Shown here: one piece after another, positions 12,159 through 25,155 of the stretch
Position numbering within the stretch: position 1 is the first letter of the stretch
Layout: every line of letters begins with the position of its first letter
From: Tubiluchus corallicola
Lineage: Eukaryota; Animalia; Priapulida
DNA: 42,682 nt
Assembly (NCBI GenBank): GCA_030141605.1
Contig: JAQGDQ010001400.1
Span: forward strand, 1 to 42,682
Direction of reading: 5' to 3'
Made by a program: the position numbers and the translations under genes
Notes under the pieces: model-generated
Seen by the model: the letters and a program-made list of their open reading frames with translations, nothing else
Told to the model about the DNA's origin: nothing
Database searches by the model: none

Positions 12159-15100
12159 AAAGAGAGAGAGAGAGGGAGGGAGGAGGGAGAAAGAGTAAGA
12201 GATACAGAAAGAGAGAGATTAGTTAAGTAACATACCGTGTAAGTAATCAGCAAGGTCACCACCATTGCAATACTGTAAAGTATAAATCAAGGTACATTAA
12301 CAAGCTGCAAAAACTGCTTAAGAAATCCAGTGTCACAGCTCAAGGAAAAACATTCCAATGTAGCAAGCAAAAAACTTGGCAACTAGCCAAAAGCAATTTT
12401 TCAAACTACGTACGTTAGTGAGGATCGAGCAGTCTAACCTCAAGGCAAAAATATATTCGTATTTTAACGAAATTAATAAAAAGTCGTTAGAGGTTGCCAG
12501 ATGATGTTTATCTTAGCTTATAATACAATAATATTATTGTTGCACATAGTTGAACAGAGAACCCTACTCTTCAGCCCTAGACGTAGATCATTTTATGTAC
12601 TCTGAACCTGGGATATATTAGAATTAATATAGTTTATTTGTCAGAGCACAAGTACAAGAAGCTCACTAACACACCACAAACGATTTCACACGCGATGATT
12701 ATAAAAGAAATGATTAAACAATGCCTAACATGAACTGCAGCTCGGTCTCGGATAAGTGAAACTCTAAGTGAAAATCTAAACAGACGACTCCTTTATTTTC
12801 CTTTACAACAAAAAGAGTTATAATCTTACCTCCATGACTAAATAAACATGGTGTGTCGTTTCCTGGAATAAACGAATGAAAGATATTTAATAATCATGAC
12901 GTCATCAGGCGATTATGAAGGATATTACGTCATAATTATTTTGCAAAGCAACTTACGTAAACAAACAAGCTCAGTAAGGCCAAAGACTCGTAAAAAAGTC
13001 ACAAAACAGAAACAACCCTAGCCCTAGCCTTAATTAATTGTGACTATTTTCTTAGCCAAACTTGAGAAATGTTTTCCATGACTGTATTACCGTTCATCAG
13101 TAAAACAAAATATCTGGTACCTATTTAATTATGTGATTATTTAATAAATTTCACCTATTTACAAAATGGAAACAAAAAAATAAGTTTCACGGACTTGAAT
13201 ACGTCAACGAATGCAGTGCTAAGAAGGCAGACGCAGTTTAAATGAATAATTGTTTTTCATATGAATAAATGCAAGAATGCGTTAGCAAAAAAGTGAATTT
13301 TTGCGGTTTCACAAGAGGTGCAAAACCACTGCACTCACACAGACACATGTAATCAAAAACACAACAAAGGTTTAATTTAGGTCAGTAATTACTTGAGATT
13401 GTTTGAGGATTTCATGGCCTGCAACCTTGCGCATAATGCTTGTATAACCTCAATTTGAGAAAGACCTACGATCCAAGTCTATTTACTCTTGTGATATATA
13501 TTTGATCAACGTTATACAAATGAATACACATTTTAAAACAAAATGAAAATTTAATATCTTAAAGCACAAGAAAATCCTCCACTTGCATTAAAGTTGAAAA
13601 ATTCGTCTTGAAATTTTATACCACTTTTTCCATGCAGGGATTGCGTCGGCAGTATAAAACTTGTAAATTCAAACTCCCGCGATGACCATTGGGCGCAGCC
13701 ATTTTAATGGTAGGTTTGAAACAAGTTTAGATAACATTCAGTAAAGTTTGAAATAATCAGAGCATGAGTAGCAGCATAAATGCCACTAACTAAGTAAAAT
13801 TTTAAATTATTGTATCTTGTCAATAAGATTAAAAATACGTTTTTTGGTTAGTGAATGGCGCACCCTGGAGGGTGAGGGAGGCTTTTATCAATTGGCACCA
13901 AAATTTTAAATAATTATTTCTACTCACGAAAGTCTTTCAAGCAGGTAGGCGGAATGCTAAGTGATACAGATTTGCATGGAAAGTTTTTTGGGTCATAATT
14001 TAACATTTCCCTTTCTTCCCCTGATTTATGTTTGCGTAGATGACGTCATGTAATGGCGCTGTCAGAACAGTATTGCGGGAGATTTAAAATGAAAACAAAC
14101 AAAAATTCCTCTCAACGTGAGTGCGATATGTGCATAAAATGACTGTAAAGCAGTATAATTTTTAAGGTGACTTTTCTGAAGTCTACTACGGGTACCCCTT
14201 TTCTTGTCCTTGAAATACTTTCAAACAGACCTGCCTGTCATACTTTCCTTAATTTAGGAACAATATCATAAGCGCTGTGCCCCAGGTGCAACTTGCTACT
14301 AGTTTTCAAAGAAACGAAGGTCAAAATATGCAGTAAACTGTGTCTACTCATCCTGTCATATGACTCTGAACGTTAGTAAATAAAAACAAATTCGTCAAGG
14401 ACAGTCCCAGAACCAGCTTAGTTCCTGTTCCTTGTAAATAAAAGTACAAAACGTCGTTTACAGTCAAAGTCATGATTGATATATAGTCCGTGCATACACA
14501 TGTTTAGAAAACAATGTTTACCGCACTGTACGTTAAAATATTATTAATATTTTTATAATAATTTTATATAGTAACTCACAAGCACATTTTAAAATGTTGA
14601 GCTAGTGACAATGATAATTGTGCATAATAAAGTCACAGGAAAAGTCATAGAAAAAAGTCAAAAGAAAAAAGACAATTTTCCTAGAAACAAAAAGTCAAAA
14701 ATTAATTTATGGTGTCCGGGAAAGAGGCATAACTTTGGCTAGGAAAGAAAGTCGGGTGATCAAACAAAAAAGTTTAAGTCAGTCGCAATTCATTCATGTA
14801 CCACATAAACAACAGAAAGTATTTCAGATCATAACTGGCAATACATGACTTGTACATACTGACAAAACTACTTATATGTGATGGTATTACACGTACGTGA
14901 AAAAAACACGTTTTGTTCAATATCTCAGGGTTATGGTTAGGGTTATTTCTTTTTGCTATGACTTTTATTACCCGTGACTTTATTACCTGGATTCGTGGTG
15001 AGTAAAAATGGTTGGCAAGATGATCATCTCGATAACACTACCTTGCTCTATACCACCAAACTGTATACATTATTTAAATAGAAATACATTCATTATTAAT

Positions 15101-18100
15101 TAATGGCTGGATTAAAATATCTTTCGCGATTCGCTACCACGCATGTCAACAAAAGACAAACGTCTAAAATATCATTCTGTAATAGAAATTATCTGATAAA
15201 CCCCCAAACCTATCACCCCATAATGACCCCAAACTGTCATGTTTGAGCCAACAACTCGAGTTTGAGAACCAAAAATAAACCCTACCAGCCGCCTGATCAA
15301 AAGATCCTAAAATAAATTCCTAAAAGCTGCTCTATAATGAAGAGAGATTAGTAAATTAAGACTGCGGGACAGCATGGTTGATTTGAGCAAACACGCCTTG
15401 CTGGGTGAGTTTGTTGAAGAAAAACTGACGAGAAAAGTCAATTAGTGAATCCAGAACTTCTCCGTGGATTACTTAAAACAATAACACTGAGTTTAATTAG
15501 TTTAACCCTTTCAGTCCCAAATTATTTTTTAATAAGAAAAAAAATGTTGGCTTGGTACTTTTCTTCAGCATGTCCATCTTGTTTACACATAATATTTGTT
15601 TTTTTTCTACCTGTGCCCGCGTGCTAAATATAGCATGTATCCCACGGGATACATTGGGATTCAATGGAAGCATAATATGTGCTTCATTTTGCAACTGCTG
15701 ATAATTTTTTAAAGTATTTAAGACATTTAGTATGCATGCTATGCTGATCTGTACAAAGTTGTCTCTAGAGTACTGTACCTTGAGCAGTTTTTTGTGCTAT
15801 GTAGATATTCTAGTTTACCATTTTATCACCATTTTTAGTCTATTGTTATTGGCTTAAATCAAAATAACTATTAGCAGATCAAATAACTGACAGTTTTAAA
15901 ATTTTATTAGTTTTAAAGGCAGAAAATATTCTCGTATCTCACGGGATACAACGGGTATGAAAGGGTTAACTAAGTTACAGTTAAGTTGAAGAAAATTTCA
16001 GTTCACACTATCACTATAGTAACTTGCTCTAATATAACATAATCAAATTCATATAAATTAATAGGTGTAATGAATAATTGGCCATTTCAATAAGCCTTTT
16101 CACACTTGCTATAGGTCAAAGGTTAAATGTATCACAGCAACGCGTCTTAGCTACATCCGTCACGTGACACGTGTGTAAAGCAAACTCGTCAGCCACATCA
16201 GTTGTTTTACGTGGACTTTACTTAATTATGCATTAGCCTGCACGTAGAGTGATTTACTAGCAGGATATTGCTTGGAAACAAAGAAAAATGAACTAGGTAG
16301 GGTCCTGCTAGCTGTTAAAACTGTTACTACTACAACAGCATGGACTGCGAGGCGTTGTAACGTGTACACAAATGTGTGGTCTGGTGCAATTAACCTTTGA
16401 CTTTCTCACGATCATCATCTATCGCTGAAAGTGTGAAGAGACTTATCCTCAAAAGTGAAACGCAAAAACAACGACAATCGGCAATTCGTCATTTCATTTC
16501 TTGGTGCTAAAGCCGCCATTACTAATACGATCTTGGGGGACTACTTCAGGGGAAACTACGACTTTGGGAACATTTTTTCAAATAAATTCGGTGACGGTTA
16601 ATTCACGTGCAAAAAATTTTCCACTATTTGCTGTATAAATGCACTGAGTCATTTTTCATGGCCAATGTACAGTAGAGCTTACACGTGTCTAAGACGACGC
16701 GTGACGTCAAACTACACTTATAAGTTAAAGAGGAAGAAAAAGCAATTTTAAAATACGTCCCAAAAAACTTTCCACACAAAGTTATATTATCTAACATTAC
16801 GCTTACTTGCCTGAAAGAGTTACGTAAATAGAAAAGAAAATTTTTAATAAAATATTCGCGCCATCTGGTGAAATCTCACTGACTCACCTTCCCAGAGTGC
16901 ACCACTGACTCAACAAAAAGCGTATGTTTAAGTTTATTGACAACATACAGTAATTTGTACTTTAGCTTAGCTAAGGGAAAAGCGAAGAGTGTGCTTAAAA
17001 TGCTCTGATTATTTTTTCAAAGTTTACACAATGTTATCTAAACGTGTTTCAAACGACCTATCGTCAAAATGGCTGGGCTTAACGGTCATCGCAGGAGCTT
17101 AAATTTCCTAGTTTTATACAGCGTTGCTGCTAACACAATCCCCGTATGCAATAACACAGTATATAAGTGATACAAAATTCCAAGACGAACTTTTTTAGCT
17201 TTGTGTAAGTAAAAGCTTTACTTTTCCTTGGCGTGCTCAATAGCCCTTTTAATATTAATGTTGACTAAATTGACAATTTTGTTATAGATATAAAATGCAC
17301 ACCACAATACGCAATGGTATTGCCCGCGCATTGAATTATCATGATAATCAGGAAATTAAATTACTCGCAAACCGTCAGACATGTTGTTTGTTTAACATTG
17401 ATCAGGACCAACTTCCAACGCCCTTCTATAAGTTAACATCATAGTTCTTATCATGATACACTCTATATTTGCATAGGTTATATTATGATACGTACACGTG
17501 TATACATATAACATCGTACTATATGAACTGAACTATATCAGCACATCTGTGTTAGTTAAATCGTTAAGTTTTATCAGGCTATACACCCCTGAGGTAAACC
17601 CTCCCCCTTTCGCTTCATGACATAACGTTCTGTAGTGAGGTATTGGACTTCAGTGTATCCAGTAAAAATTACATACATCTATCTATCTATCTATCTATAT
17701 ATATATATAAACTTTATTTATTTTAAGTGGATTGACATGATCGGAGTTTTTCCACTGTGCAACAAATAGTTGAGAACAGTTATATACAATCGCTCTGAGA
17801 GTTGTATAAATAAATAAATAAATAAATAAATAAATATATATAATATAGCACAGAAGCAATACCAGAAACAATTATCAATGCACATCATCCAATTATGAGT
17901 TATGGCTGAGTTCGATATACAATTACACGTACAATCAATTAGTACAACGTTTAGTAGACTTTCTGTAGTTCTGCAACAATATGACGAGAATGCTACTGAA
18001 TGGATGACCTTATCTAAGTTTATGAAAAATGTCGTTGTAAATAATAGCAGATCTTGGGTTGGCGCGTAATTCTTGAGTTAAATAGCACAGCTGATCCAAT

Positions 18101-18715
18101 AAGTGTTCTGTGTATGTCCTAGTCAAAAAATAATGGCGGCGGTTCTCAGTCGAACTGATGAAGTAAAAATTATCGCTACGTCATTATCAATCGAACATCA
18201 TTCATTAGCTATGCGCAACGCGATATCCTTGTAAATCAAATTTCATCGGAACGCCAAACGTGTTCGGAGAGCTTTCTGTATGTGCACTTCTCGTATGCAC
18301 GTTAGTTTTACATTACATTACGGTATTCAGCAAGGGAAGGTAAAGAGCCCGCAGCTATTGGAATGACCCAGAAAAACCACAACATAAACTCTACACGACC
18401 CCATGCGGATACTTCGCTCGGCTCGTGCATGTACGTGTGCTAACAGCTGATGCATTTAGCTTTTATGCATGTGCCTGAGAAGCTGGTTGTATTTATAGTA
18501 TGCATTCCAATGTACTGTTTTGTACCAAGTTTGTAGCGGTTACTAAAGCCCCAAATGCCAGTGAGAGGAAAAGAGGGACAAATAAGAGGAAGAGAGAGAG
18601 GGCGAGGAGAAAGAGAGATAGAGAGAGGGGGAGAAAGAGAGAGAAAGAGCAAGGGAAGAGGAGAGAAAGAGAGGGAGGAAGGGAAGGAAAGAGGGGAAGG
18701 AAGTGAGAGGGTGAA

Positions 18716-18774
<59 letters not shown>

Positions 18775-19046
18775 GAGAAAGAGAAGCTAGAGAGAGAGAG
18801 AGATAGAGAGAGGGGGAGAAAGAGAGAAAGAGCAAGGGAAGAGGAGAGAAAGAGAGGGAGGGAAAGAAGAAAATCGAGGGAAGGGAAGAGAGAGAGAGAT
18901 GGCGAGAGGGTGAGAGTGCGAAGAGGGAGAGAGGGGGACAAAGCGAGAAAGAAAAAATCGATGGAAGGGAAGAGAGAGATGGTGAGGGGTGAGAGTGCGA
19001 AGAAGGAGAGGGACAGAGAAGAAGGGGGACAAAGCTAGACAGGGGG

Positions 19047-19079
<33 letters not shown>

Positions 19080-22000
19080 TTAAACAGAAAAGGGGGAAGG
19101 AGGCAGAGAGAGAAGAGCAGGGCACAAGTGCAGTCTAGTCGTATTTCTATTTCTTTTTTTGCTAAAATTTATTAAAATTACATAATACGAACGGTATTGA
19201 ATATTATGATAACTATATAATGTTAGCTCTATCGCTAATTATCATTTAACTATATAAACTTTCGTAGTCAATTTCAAACAGTAAACTCAAGAAAAAATCT
19301 CGGTTTATTTAACAAGATGGCCAGTAATGTAGTGTAACTGTATGTGCTTACAAGTGATGTTGTATAACTGTATGTGCTTACTGTACAAACAGCTGCTACA
19401 ATGCACACCGTTCAGCTGAAATATATAACGCGAACCCACCCAGGCATATTATACAGTTTTTTAGGCATTAATAGAGTGGGTCAAGGTTTCAGAAAGTCAA
19501 ATTGTACCTGAACACGTGTGCAAGCAAAGCAAATTACTTTTTAACCCTACTTACTGTCACAATCCACAGGTACAGTTATGCTGATCAAGAACGTTAAATT
19601 TTATTAATCTAACTTAAAGCCTCGAGATTTCCCCTTTACTTTCTCTTGTGATTATGCTAAGTCAGCTTCACACAAAACAAAATGAATGTAGAATCGATCC
19701 ACATGGGATAATTAAAACAAAACCGGACCCAATCTTAAGCTGTAGATCAAAACATTCTACTCTTTAAAATATTGAAAGGAAACCATGCATTTCACCATTC
19801 GCTAGTTAGACGGGCACTAGCGCCTGCATTTCGGAAAGCGTTGCACAAAAACAGATGCTGTACCTCTCAGTTCAGATGTGTTAGTTTGTGACGAACTACA
19901 CACGTATGGCAGCTCGTGCGCGAGCACAGCGGTAAATTTGAAATTTGAATTTTTATCTTAAAACTTGCCTAGTTTTAGTACAACACACTGAATCTCTTAC
20001 GGTAGCACTGTACTTCAATTTTCACTTTCGCAAACACGCGCAACACGCTCGTGGAATATTTTTGCTCTTGAAAATTATGTTAGTTTGTGACATCATCAAT
20101 AGTTGGGCTCGCTTGCCGTTAATTAAGATTTTAATCTATTATTTAATCATCAGAAACGCTTATATGAAAAAGCATCCTGTCTTCCTTTAAGAGGCAAATA
20201 GAAAAGAGCTAAATTTATTTTTATAATTCTTTTGACTCTTTTTAGACAACAGATTACACAATGCCACAGGGGCATATTATGCCTCATATATATTTAAATG
20301 ATTAGCGAAATCTACGAAATGCATAAACTTTATCATTCCTACGTCCAAGATTTTTATTCAAAATAGTTTTTACGTTGCTCATTAGACAAAAAGTAATATG
20401 CAAGAAATTCTAGGCTAAACAAGGTCATCATGCTTCGCACAGTTGTTTGTGGGAACAAGGATGGGTTTTGATTTTGTAGATTAACATCACAGATTAACAG
20501 TTGCGAGATAATTATTTTTACCATAGCTTCTTTCGTAAGCTGTCAGGTCATCCATCATTTCCGTAATTAAGCATTCATCAGCTAAGATTACCACAGCTGT
20601 GCCTGTACATACATGCATGCATTCAGAATCTATAGAGGCCTAACTTATTAGCTGTCTGTCTAACAAAGAAAACCGATAACGCTAAACGAAATTTTACACC
20701 ACCTGTTCAGTTGGTAACCACAACGGGTCATGTATCTGTGGACTAGGACTGCTGACACTTCACAAACTGACGTAAGGCGTTCTCTCCTATTCATTACGAT
20801 TTCATTATCATCATCATCATTATCATCACCGAGTCAGATGTCAAAGATTCAGTTGCTAAGCAAAACGTGACGGGAGAAATGGGCAGATGGATGGTAATTC
20901 TATGACAAGTTTTTAGAATATACAATAAGGAAAAGGTGTAAATAAATGGCAACTGGTACTGGTAGAGTCAGAGGAAAAAAATCAAAAAGTCACAAGTTTG
21001 GTTATTGAAAAGGTCACAATTAATTTTGGCTATGGTTAGGGTTAATTTTTTTCCTGTGCCTTTTCTGCCTGTGACTTTTTTGCCTGTGACTTTTTTACCT
21101 GTGACTTTTTCATCGTGACTTTTTTATCTGTGACTTTTTTACCGGTGACCTTTTCATCAGTGACTTTTTTATCGATGGCTTTTTTACCTATGACTTTTTG
21201 CCTGTGACTTTTTTACCTATGACTTTTTGCCTGTGACTTTTTTACCTGCGACTTTTTTGCATGGATATCTTATAAATAAACACTGTACGTCTATTCAATA
21301 GGAACGTCCATAATCATCTTTACGTCCATAAAATTTGACGACAGCTATTAGACATCTATTACACCTTAGAAATACAACACTTTTAAAGACAGATTAAGGT
21401 ATTGAAAAAATATAAAACTGCAACTTCCTGTTGGAAAAGATAAGAAAACATATTGTCAGAACTTTGCTATCTAGAATTCTGATTGGACGACGGAGTGAAA
21501 GAACAGCATCTTCTCAGCTTGCACAAATATAAAGGTAGCCATGTTAAGTAGCTCCAAAATTGAGCAGTGTCAAACCTGATTAGTAAATGAATGGGTGACT
21601 GTTGTTTCTGGGCAATTTTATAACTTACATAGCTGTATTTTTTATGAACGCACATAGAAATCGAGGAGGGCAGAGCTGATGTTACAGTGGGCCACAAAAA
21701 AATTGTTTCTGTCTTACTTCATCAGCTCAAAAAGATGTCAGTAGGGAGGGAGGAAAATTTTTGTTAGAGCTTTTATGTTTCAAATTAAAAAAACACGCTT
21801 TTATATGACTGCGTCAAGGAAGTATATGAACGTACAAAAAAATGATAGAATTCCCGGCTGGGTGTGTGATAAAAAATATTACCCGAGGTGATTAGAGGGA
21901 AAGAGAAGTATTTTTATTGCCAGCCGAAACTAATGTAAATTTTGCTTACCTTGCAATCTAAAAGTGCAACCACATTTTCATGATTTAACTGAGTCAATTC

Positions 22001-23396
22001 CTGTAAAAAAAAAAAACAATGACAAGATTTTTTTCCTTCAAATAGTACAGTAGTTTAAGTACAAAAAGCACTGTTATTTCGTAACTCCTTTCCAAGAAAA
22101 GTTCAGTACCTTCTGTACCATTTTATAATAAATTAGGCATTATATGATTACGTATATAAATCATGAAACAGGTTAGGGCTTTAGCAGCACTGTTACACAA
22201 CGTACTACAACTGTAAGTGTGATGTCACATTTCCATTACCTTGAGAATCTTGATCTCCTTCCCTAGTAGATTTTGCGACTTTGACAGATTTTTCTTCGTA
22301 ATACTCTTGATGGCGACAGGGCGACTGTGGTTCTAAAAATAAGAAAATTATGGACTAAGATAAATATTGCAACTTAAACTGCAATACAGCTGCTGCTAGA
22401 ACACTATGTAGCCATCAAACTTGATAAAACTAGTCACATCGGCTTATTAAGAATGGGACTGGAATGGATCCGGGTACTGCTATAACCTATACACTTAGTC
22501 ACTTACACATCCAGATGGACCATTTGCATGTAAATTGCCAACCAGCTGATTTTAGGCAACAGACTGTAAAAGTACACTCATATCTCGGTTTGCCGTACTT
22601 CGCTTTTACGGATATCGGAAGAAACAGCCAAAATCTGGAAAATTAAAAATCCCACATACTACAGACCGTATGCAGAATGTATGCAGAAGTACTACACAGT
22701 CTGTTCGTGAGCTGACCGCTAATTATCCTGCCGTTACTTTGTTTACATCATTATGCTGAGTTATTTGAGTCAATTGACGGTAGTTTTTACATACTTTTGG
22801 ATAGGAGTGGCCCACACTACATGTTTTTGAGACAATTTGGCGATTCATTCTACATTTGCTGTGTGTCTAATACACGGCGCCTACTGTATTAGCTTAGAAT
22901 CGGTAAACACAGACAATCAGCAAATTCGGACCAGCATCTCCACGCTTTTGTGCGGCAAACCGAGATATGATTGTATATGCCTATAGATTATTATATTTAT
23001 GCTGTAATATAATTTGAAGAACATTTCCTAAATATTCAACTTTTCCACCTTTCTCAATAAATCTATACGCCACAAAAACCAACTGCAGCAAAGCTCTTTA
23101 ATTCACAAACTACTTCCAAGCATTTGTGTTTCCAAAACTAAAACAGGAAACGGCATAAGCAATACATATCCAATCCATATTAAATCTGTCACATTCAACA
23201 CAAAACAATTCAATTAATGGCTTCAGCAGATTTGTGGTCTGAAAAAATAAATGTTGCTTTCATTAGAGGTTATCTACAGTATAAATTTAGAAATTTTAAA
23301 TATTACCTTTCTGTATCTGCCTTTGAACACAACAGCAAACGCCCCATGACCAATGAGGTCCTTCTTGCTGTATTCGTATTCTCCCACTACCTCCAT
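9242..23396 (-). CDS. ULK2: Atg1/ULK1/ULK2-family serine/threonine kinase, 5' part (7 coding exons, 159 codons; probably continues left of window)
   Basis: GT-AG exons join in phase to give [159 protein letters not shown]. This closely matches the N-terminus of animal ULK1/2 and Atg1. ULK1 versus ULK2 cannot be resolved in an invertebrate. Confidence 0.95.
9338..9766. repeat. 62-bp tandem repeat spanning the ULK exon-7 acceptor, ~7 copies decaying outward
   Basis: CTAGAAGAAAG copies at 9365, 9427, 9489 and 9551 (period 62), then degenerate copies. Confidence 0.93.
10087..11072. mobile_element. Non-autonomous DNA element with TTAAAGG termini (family B), right end tandemly amplified
   Basis: TTAAAGGAAAGATCAAG ... 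CTTGTTCTTTCCTTTAG / CTTTCCGTTAA; body similar to 25156-25697. Confidence 0.72.
10581..11072. repeat. 72-bp tandem repeat, ~7 copies
   Basis: Period 72 (e.g. 10871 versus 10943); explains the 24-aa periodic ORF 10552..11085. Confidence 0.95.
11117..11167 (-). CDS. ULK2: ULK/Atg1 coding exon 6 ([17 protein letters not shown])
   Basis: gtatag acceptor, GTAAGT donor, 51 nt, phase 1 to phase 1. Confidence 0.93.
12085..12218. repeat. (GA)n microsatellite
   Basis: Directly visible. Confidence 0.97.
12236..12272 (-). CDS. ULK2: ULK/Atg1 coding exon 5 ([12 protein letters not shown])
   Basis: ttacag acceptor, GTATGT donor, 37 nt, ULK-typical [11 protein letters not shown]. Confidence 0.95.
12830..12862 (-). 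CDS. ULK2: ULK/Atg1 coding exon 4 ([11 protein letters not shown])
   Basis: ttccag acceptor, GTAAGA donor, 33 nt, YLVME hinge motif. Confidence 0.92.
12990..13097 (-). mobile_element. Fragment of the AAAAAGTCACA / AACCCT-containing dispersed element
   Basis: Inverse similarity to 20960-21045. Confidence 0.5.
13559..14214. mobile_element. Family A TTAAAG-ended MITE, most complete copy (~655 bp)
   Basis: TTAAAGCACAAGAAAA ... TTTTCTTGTCCTTGAA; inverse similarity to 88-380, 16700-17232 and 39944-40132. Confidence 0.72.
14628..14994. mobile_element. AAAAGTCACA-repeat / GGTTAGGG-containing dispersed element
   Basis: AAAGTCA repeats on the left, TGACTTT repeats on the right, gggttatggttagggtt core; similar to 20960-21268. 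Confidence 0.5.
15506..15965. mobile_element. piggyBac-like MITE
   Basis: TTAA|CCCTTTCA...TGAAAGGG|TTAA: TTAA TSD with CCC/GGG termini. Confidence 0.82.
16089..16446 (+). mobile_element. TIR MITE, PIF/Harbinger-ISL2EU-like (copy 1)
   Basis: ATAAGCCTTTTCACACTT ... AAGTGTGAAGAGACTTAT inverted ends; colinear copy at 38931-39304. Confidence 0.72.
16700..17232. mobile_element. Diverged family A element copy
   Basis: Colinear with 120-345 and inverse to 13590-14050. Confidence 0.6.
18560..19122. repeat. GA-rich purine microsatellite / low-complexity tract
   Basis: Directly visible; includes internal duplicated segments. Confidence 0.95.
19772..20190 (+). mobile_element. TTAAAGG-ended element (family C)
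   Basis: Ends GCATCCTGTCTTCCTTTAA; inverse partial copy at 33478-33703 shares CAACACGCTCGTGGAATATTTTTGCT. Confidence 0.62.
20960..21268. mobile_element. Dispersed element with GGTTAGGGTT core and tandem 14-15-bp TGTGACTTTTTT(A/G)CC repeats
   Basis: About 14 tandem units at 21050-21260; related copies near 13000 and 14630. Confidence 0.62.
21950..22000 (-). CDS. ULK2: ULK/Atg1 coding exon 3 ([17 protein letters not shown])
   Basis: poly-T tract plus acag acceptor, GTAAGC donor, 51 nt. Confidence 0.95.
22240..22332 (-). CDS. ULK2: ULK/Atg1 coding exon 2 ([31 protein letters not shown])
   Basis: ttttag acceptor, VAIK catalytic lysine and alphaC Glu, GTAATG donor, 93 nt. Confidence 0.95.
22575..22973. 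mobile_element. Tc1/mariner (pogo/Tigger-like) MITE in ULK intron 1
   Basis: TA|CACTCATATCTCGGTTTGCCG ... CGGCAAACCGAGATATGATTG|TA. Confidence 0.85.
23307..23396 (-). CDS. ULK2: ULK/Atg1 coding exon 1 ([30 protein letters not shown])
   Basis: ATG at 23396, Gly-rich loop GHGAFA, donor GTAATA, 90 nt, ends phase 0. Confidence 0.95.
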
Positions 23397-23872
23397 ATTA
23401 GATGTATCTAGTTAATATTGTTTATGTACAACGCTGTAGGAAAATTGTACTTATGTAGTGCCATGTTGTTCGGTCACTACAAGTACAATAAAGAGGCCTA
23501 AATCATCCGAAGAACCACATTGTAACTCGTTTTCAACCTAAAACAATTAAATGTCATTTAATTATAATTAGTAATAGTAATTTTTCAACTTGGCACAATT
23601 GTACGTCCAAATGTTCTTCAACTAAAGAGTAGATAATATATCTATCTAATCCACAAAACTACCAATCTACAATTGCCGCATTTAACAAACATTGGTCCCC
23701 TATAACACCTTAAAAATCAAAATACGAAGCAAAATCATCAATAAATCTTGATAATACCATTGTTACACCCATACTGACTGATTTTGAGTATCATAATCTG
23801 ACCACGAACTAGGATACTTCACTTAAAAACAAAGTTCGCGTATCTAAATATAACGAACGAAGTTAAACTCAC

Positions 23873-24050
23873 CAATTACAAGAGCTAATCCATAAAAAGA
23901 AAACGGCTTGCAAAACAATGAAATATCACGACAGTTCTTTCACTATGATGATGAAATCCAGTTGGATTACTACACAACACTACAGCAGAATGCAGACTTT
24001 GTGATTTTTCGTTGTAAACCGAATCACACCAAAAAAGAAACAGCGAACAT
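23873..24050 (-). other. possible 5' UTR exon of the ULK gene
   Basis: GTGAGT donor at 23872 and a ttgttttag acceptor at 23538 upstream of the ATG; the 5' boundary is a guess. Confidence 0.35.
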
Positions 24051-24779
24051 AGCGGCGGATCAATATTCTGTGTTAAATGTGTAAATTTTGTATGCGTCTA
24101 AACTGAAAATTCTAAAAACGTTTACAGATTTTTGTTGCGTTAATTCGTCACAAATTTCTGTAAAACAGCCGATCTTTTATAAAAAATTTATAGTTTTTTT
24201 TTCAGAACTATTTCTAAATGAACTGATACGGTAAATGAATCAGCTGTTTACCGAACTATTTTAATCCGCCCGATGTGACCCGGATCAATAGCCTTGTGGC
24301 TCTACCTTTCGGAGGAATTCACATCTTCACTTAGTACATGATTGCAAAAATCAGAAAATAACAGAAAACATAACTTTGATAAATACAAATAAATGATTAT
24401 CTTTAATTGCTTTAGTAATTAATCGATTTATTATGATTCATTAATAATAATAATTTAATATTGATGAACCATTATAATGATTAAGTTTGCATGTTGACTA
24501 GCCGACTAACAGTAGACTAAATGCTTGACATACTGATGAACCTATAGACTGATTATTAGATTATTGGGTTCATTTATTTTTTCCTATATAGTGGCCGTAT
24601 ACGGAAAATATAGATACCTGTTAAAACGTCTCTGAACTAGCCAACTCAAACGTACGTCAATCTGGTAAGGCCAGCCTTGGCCTGGAGTCCCTTGCTTTAG
24701 CTTTATCTACTATTATAATATGTATAATAATAATAATAATGATGATGATGATGATGATGATTATGATAGCAAGAACAAC

Positions 24780-24997
24780 AATGTATTTATTTATAAAGCG
24801 CTCTTTCAATAAAAAAGATTCAATAAAATACTAAAAAATTATAATACAATTAGACGTATCTATAAATCAATAAAATCTGCAAAGAATTCACCACTTATAG
24901 ATTAAAATACTGCTTAAAAAGATAAGAATGATTTTAAAAGAATTTAAATTTGAACATTCTGTAATTTCATTTGGTAGCTCCTTCCAAAACCAAATTC
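24780..24997 (-). mobile_element. LINE (L2/CR1-group) 3' remnant
   Basis: Minus strand reads GIWFWKELPNEITECSNLNSFK, resembling the LINE ORF2 C-terminal G-x-x-x-W-N-x-L-P...S-F-K motif. Confidence 0.5.
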
Positions 24998-25145
24998 CTT
25001 TTACTTTTCTAGGAGTTTTCGTCCTCGACGGATTTCGTCAGCTGAATGGACTAGGTCTTGAAAGACCACCTTTCAAAATCTAGGTCATACAAGTAGTTTC
25101 AGCTGTGAAATCCATGAAAGACGAAGACTCCTAGAAAAGTAAAAG
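24998..25145. repeat. ~148-bp foldback (inverted repeat) element
   Basis: CTTTTACTTTTCTAGGAGTTTTCGTC pairs with GACGAAGACTCCTAGAAAAGTAAAAG (1 mismatch); inner arms also pair. Confidence 0.85.
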
Positions 25146-25155
25146 CTTTTGAGAT

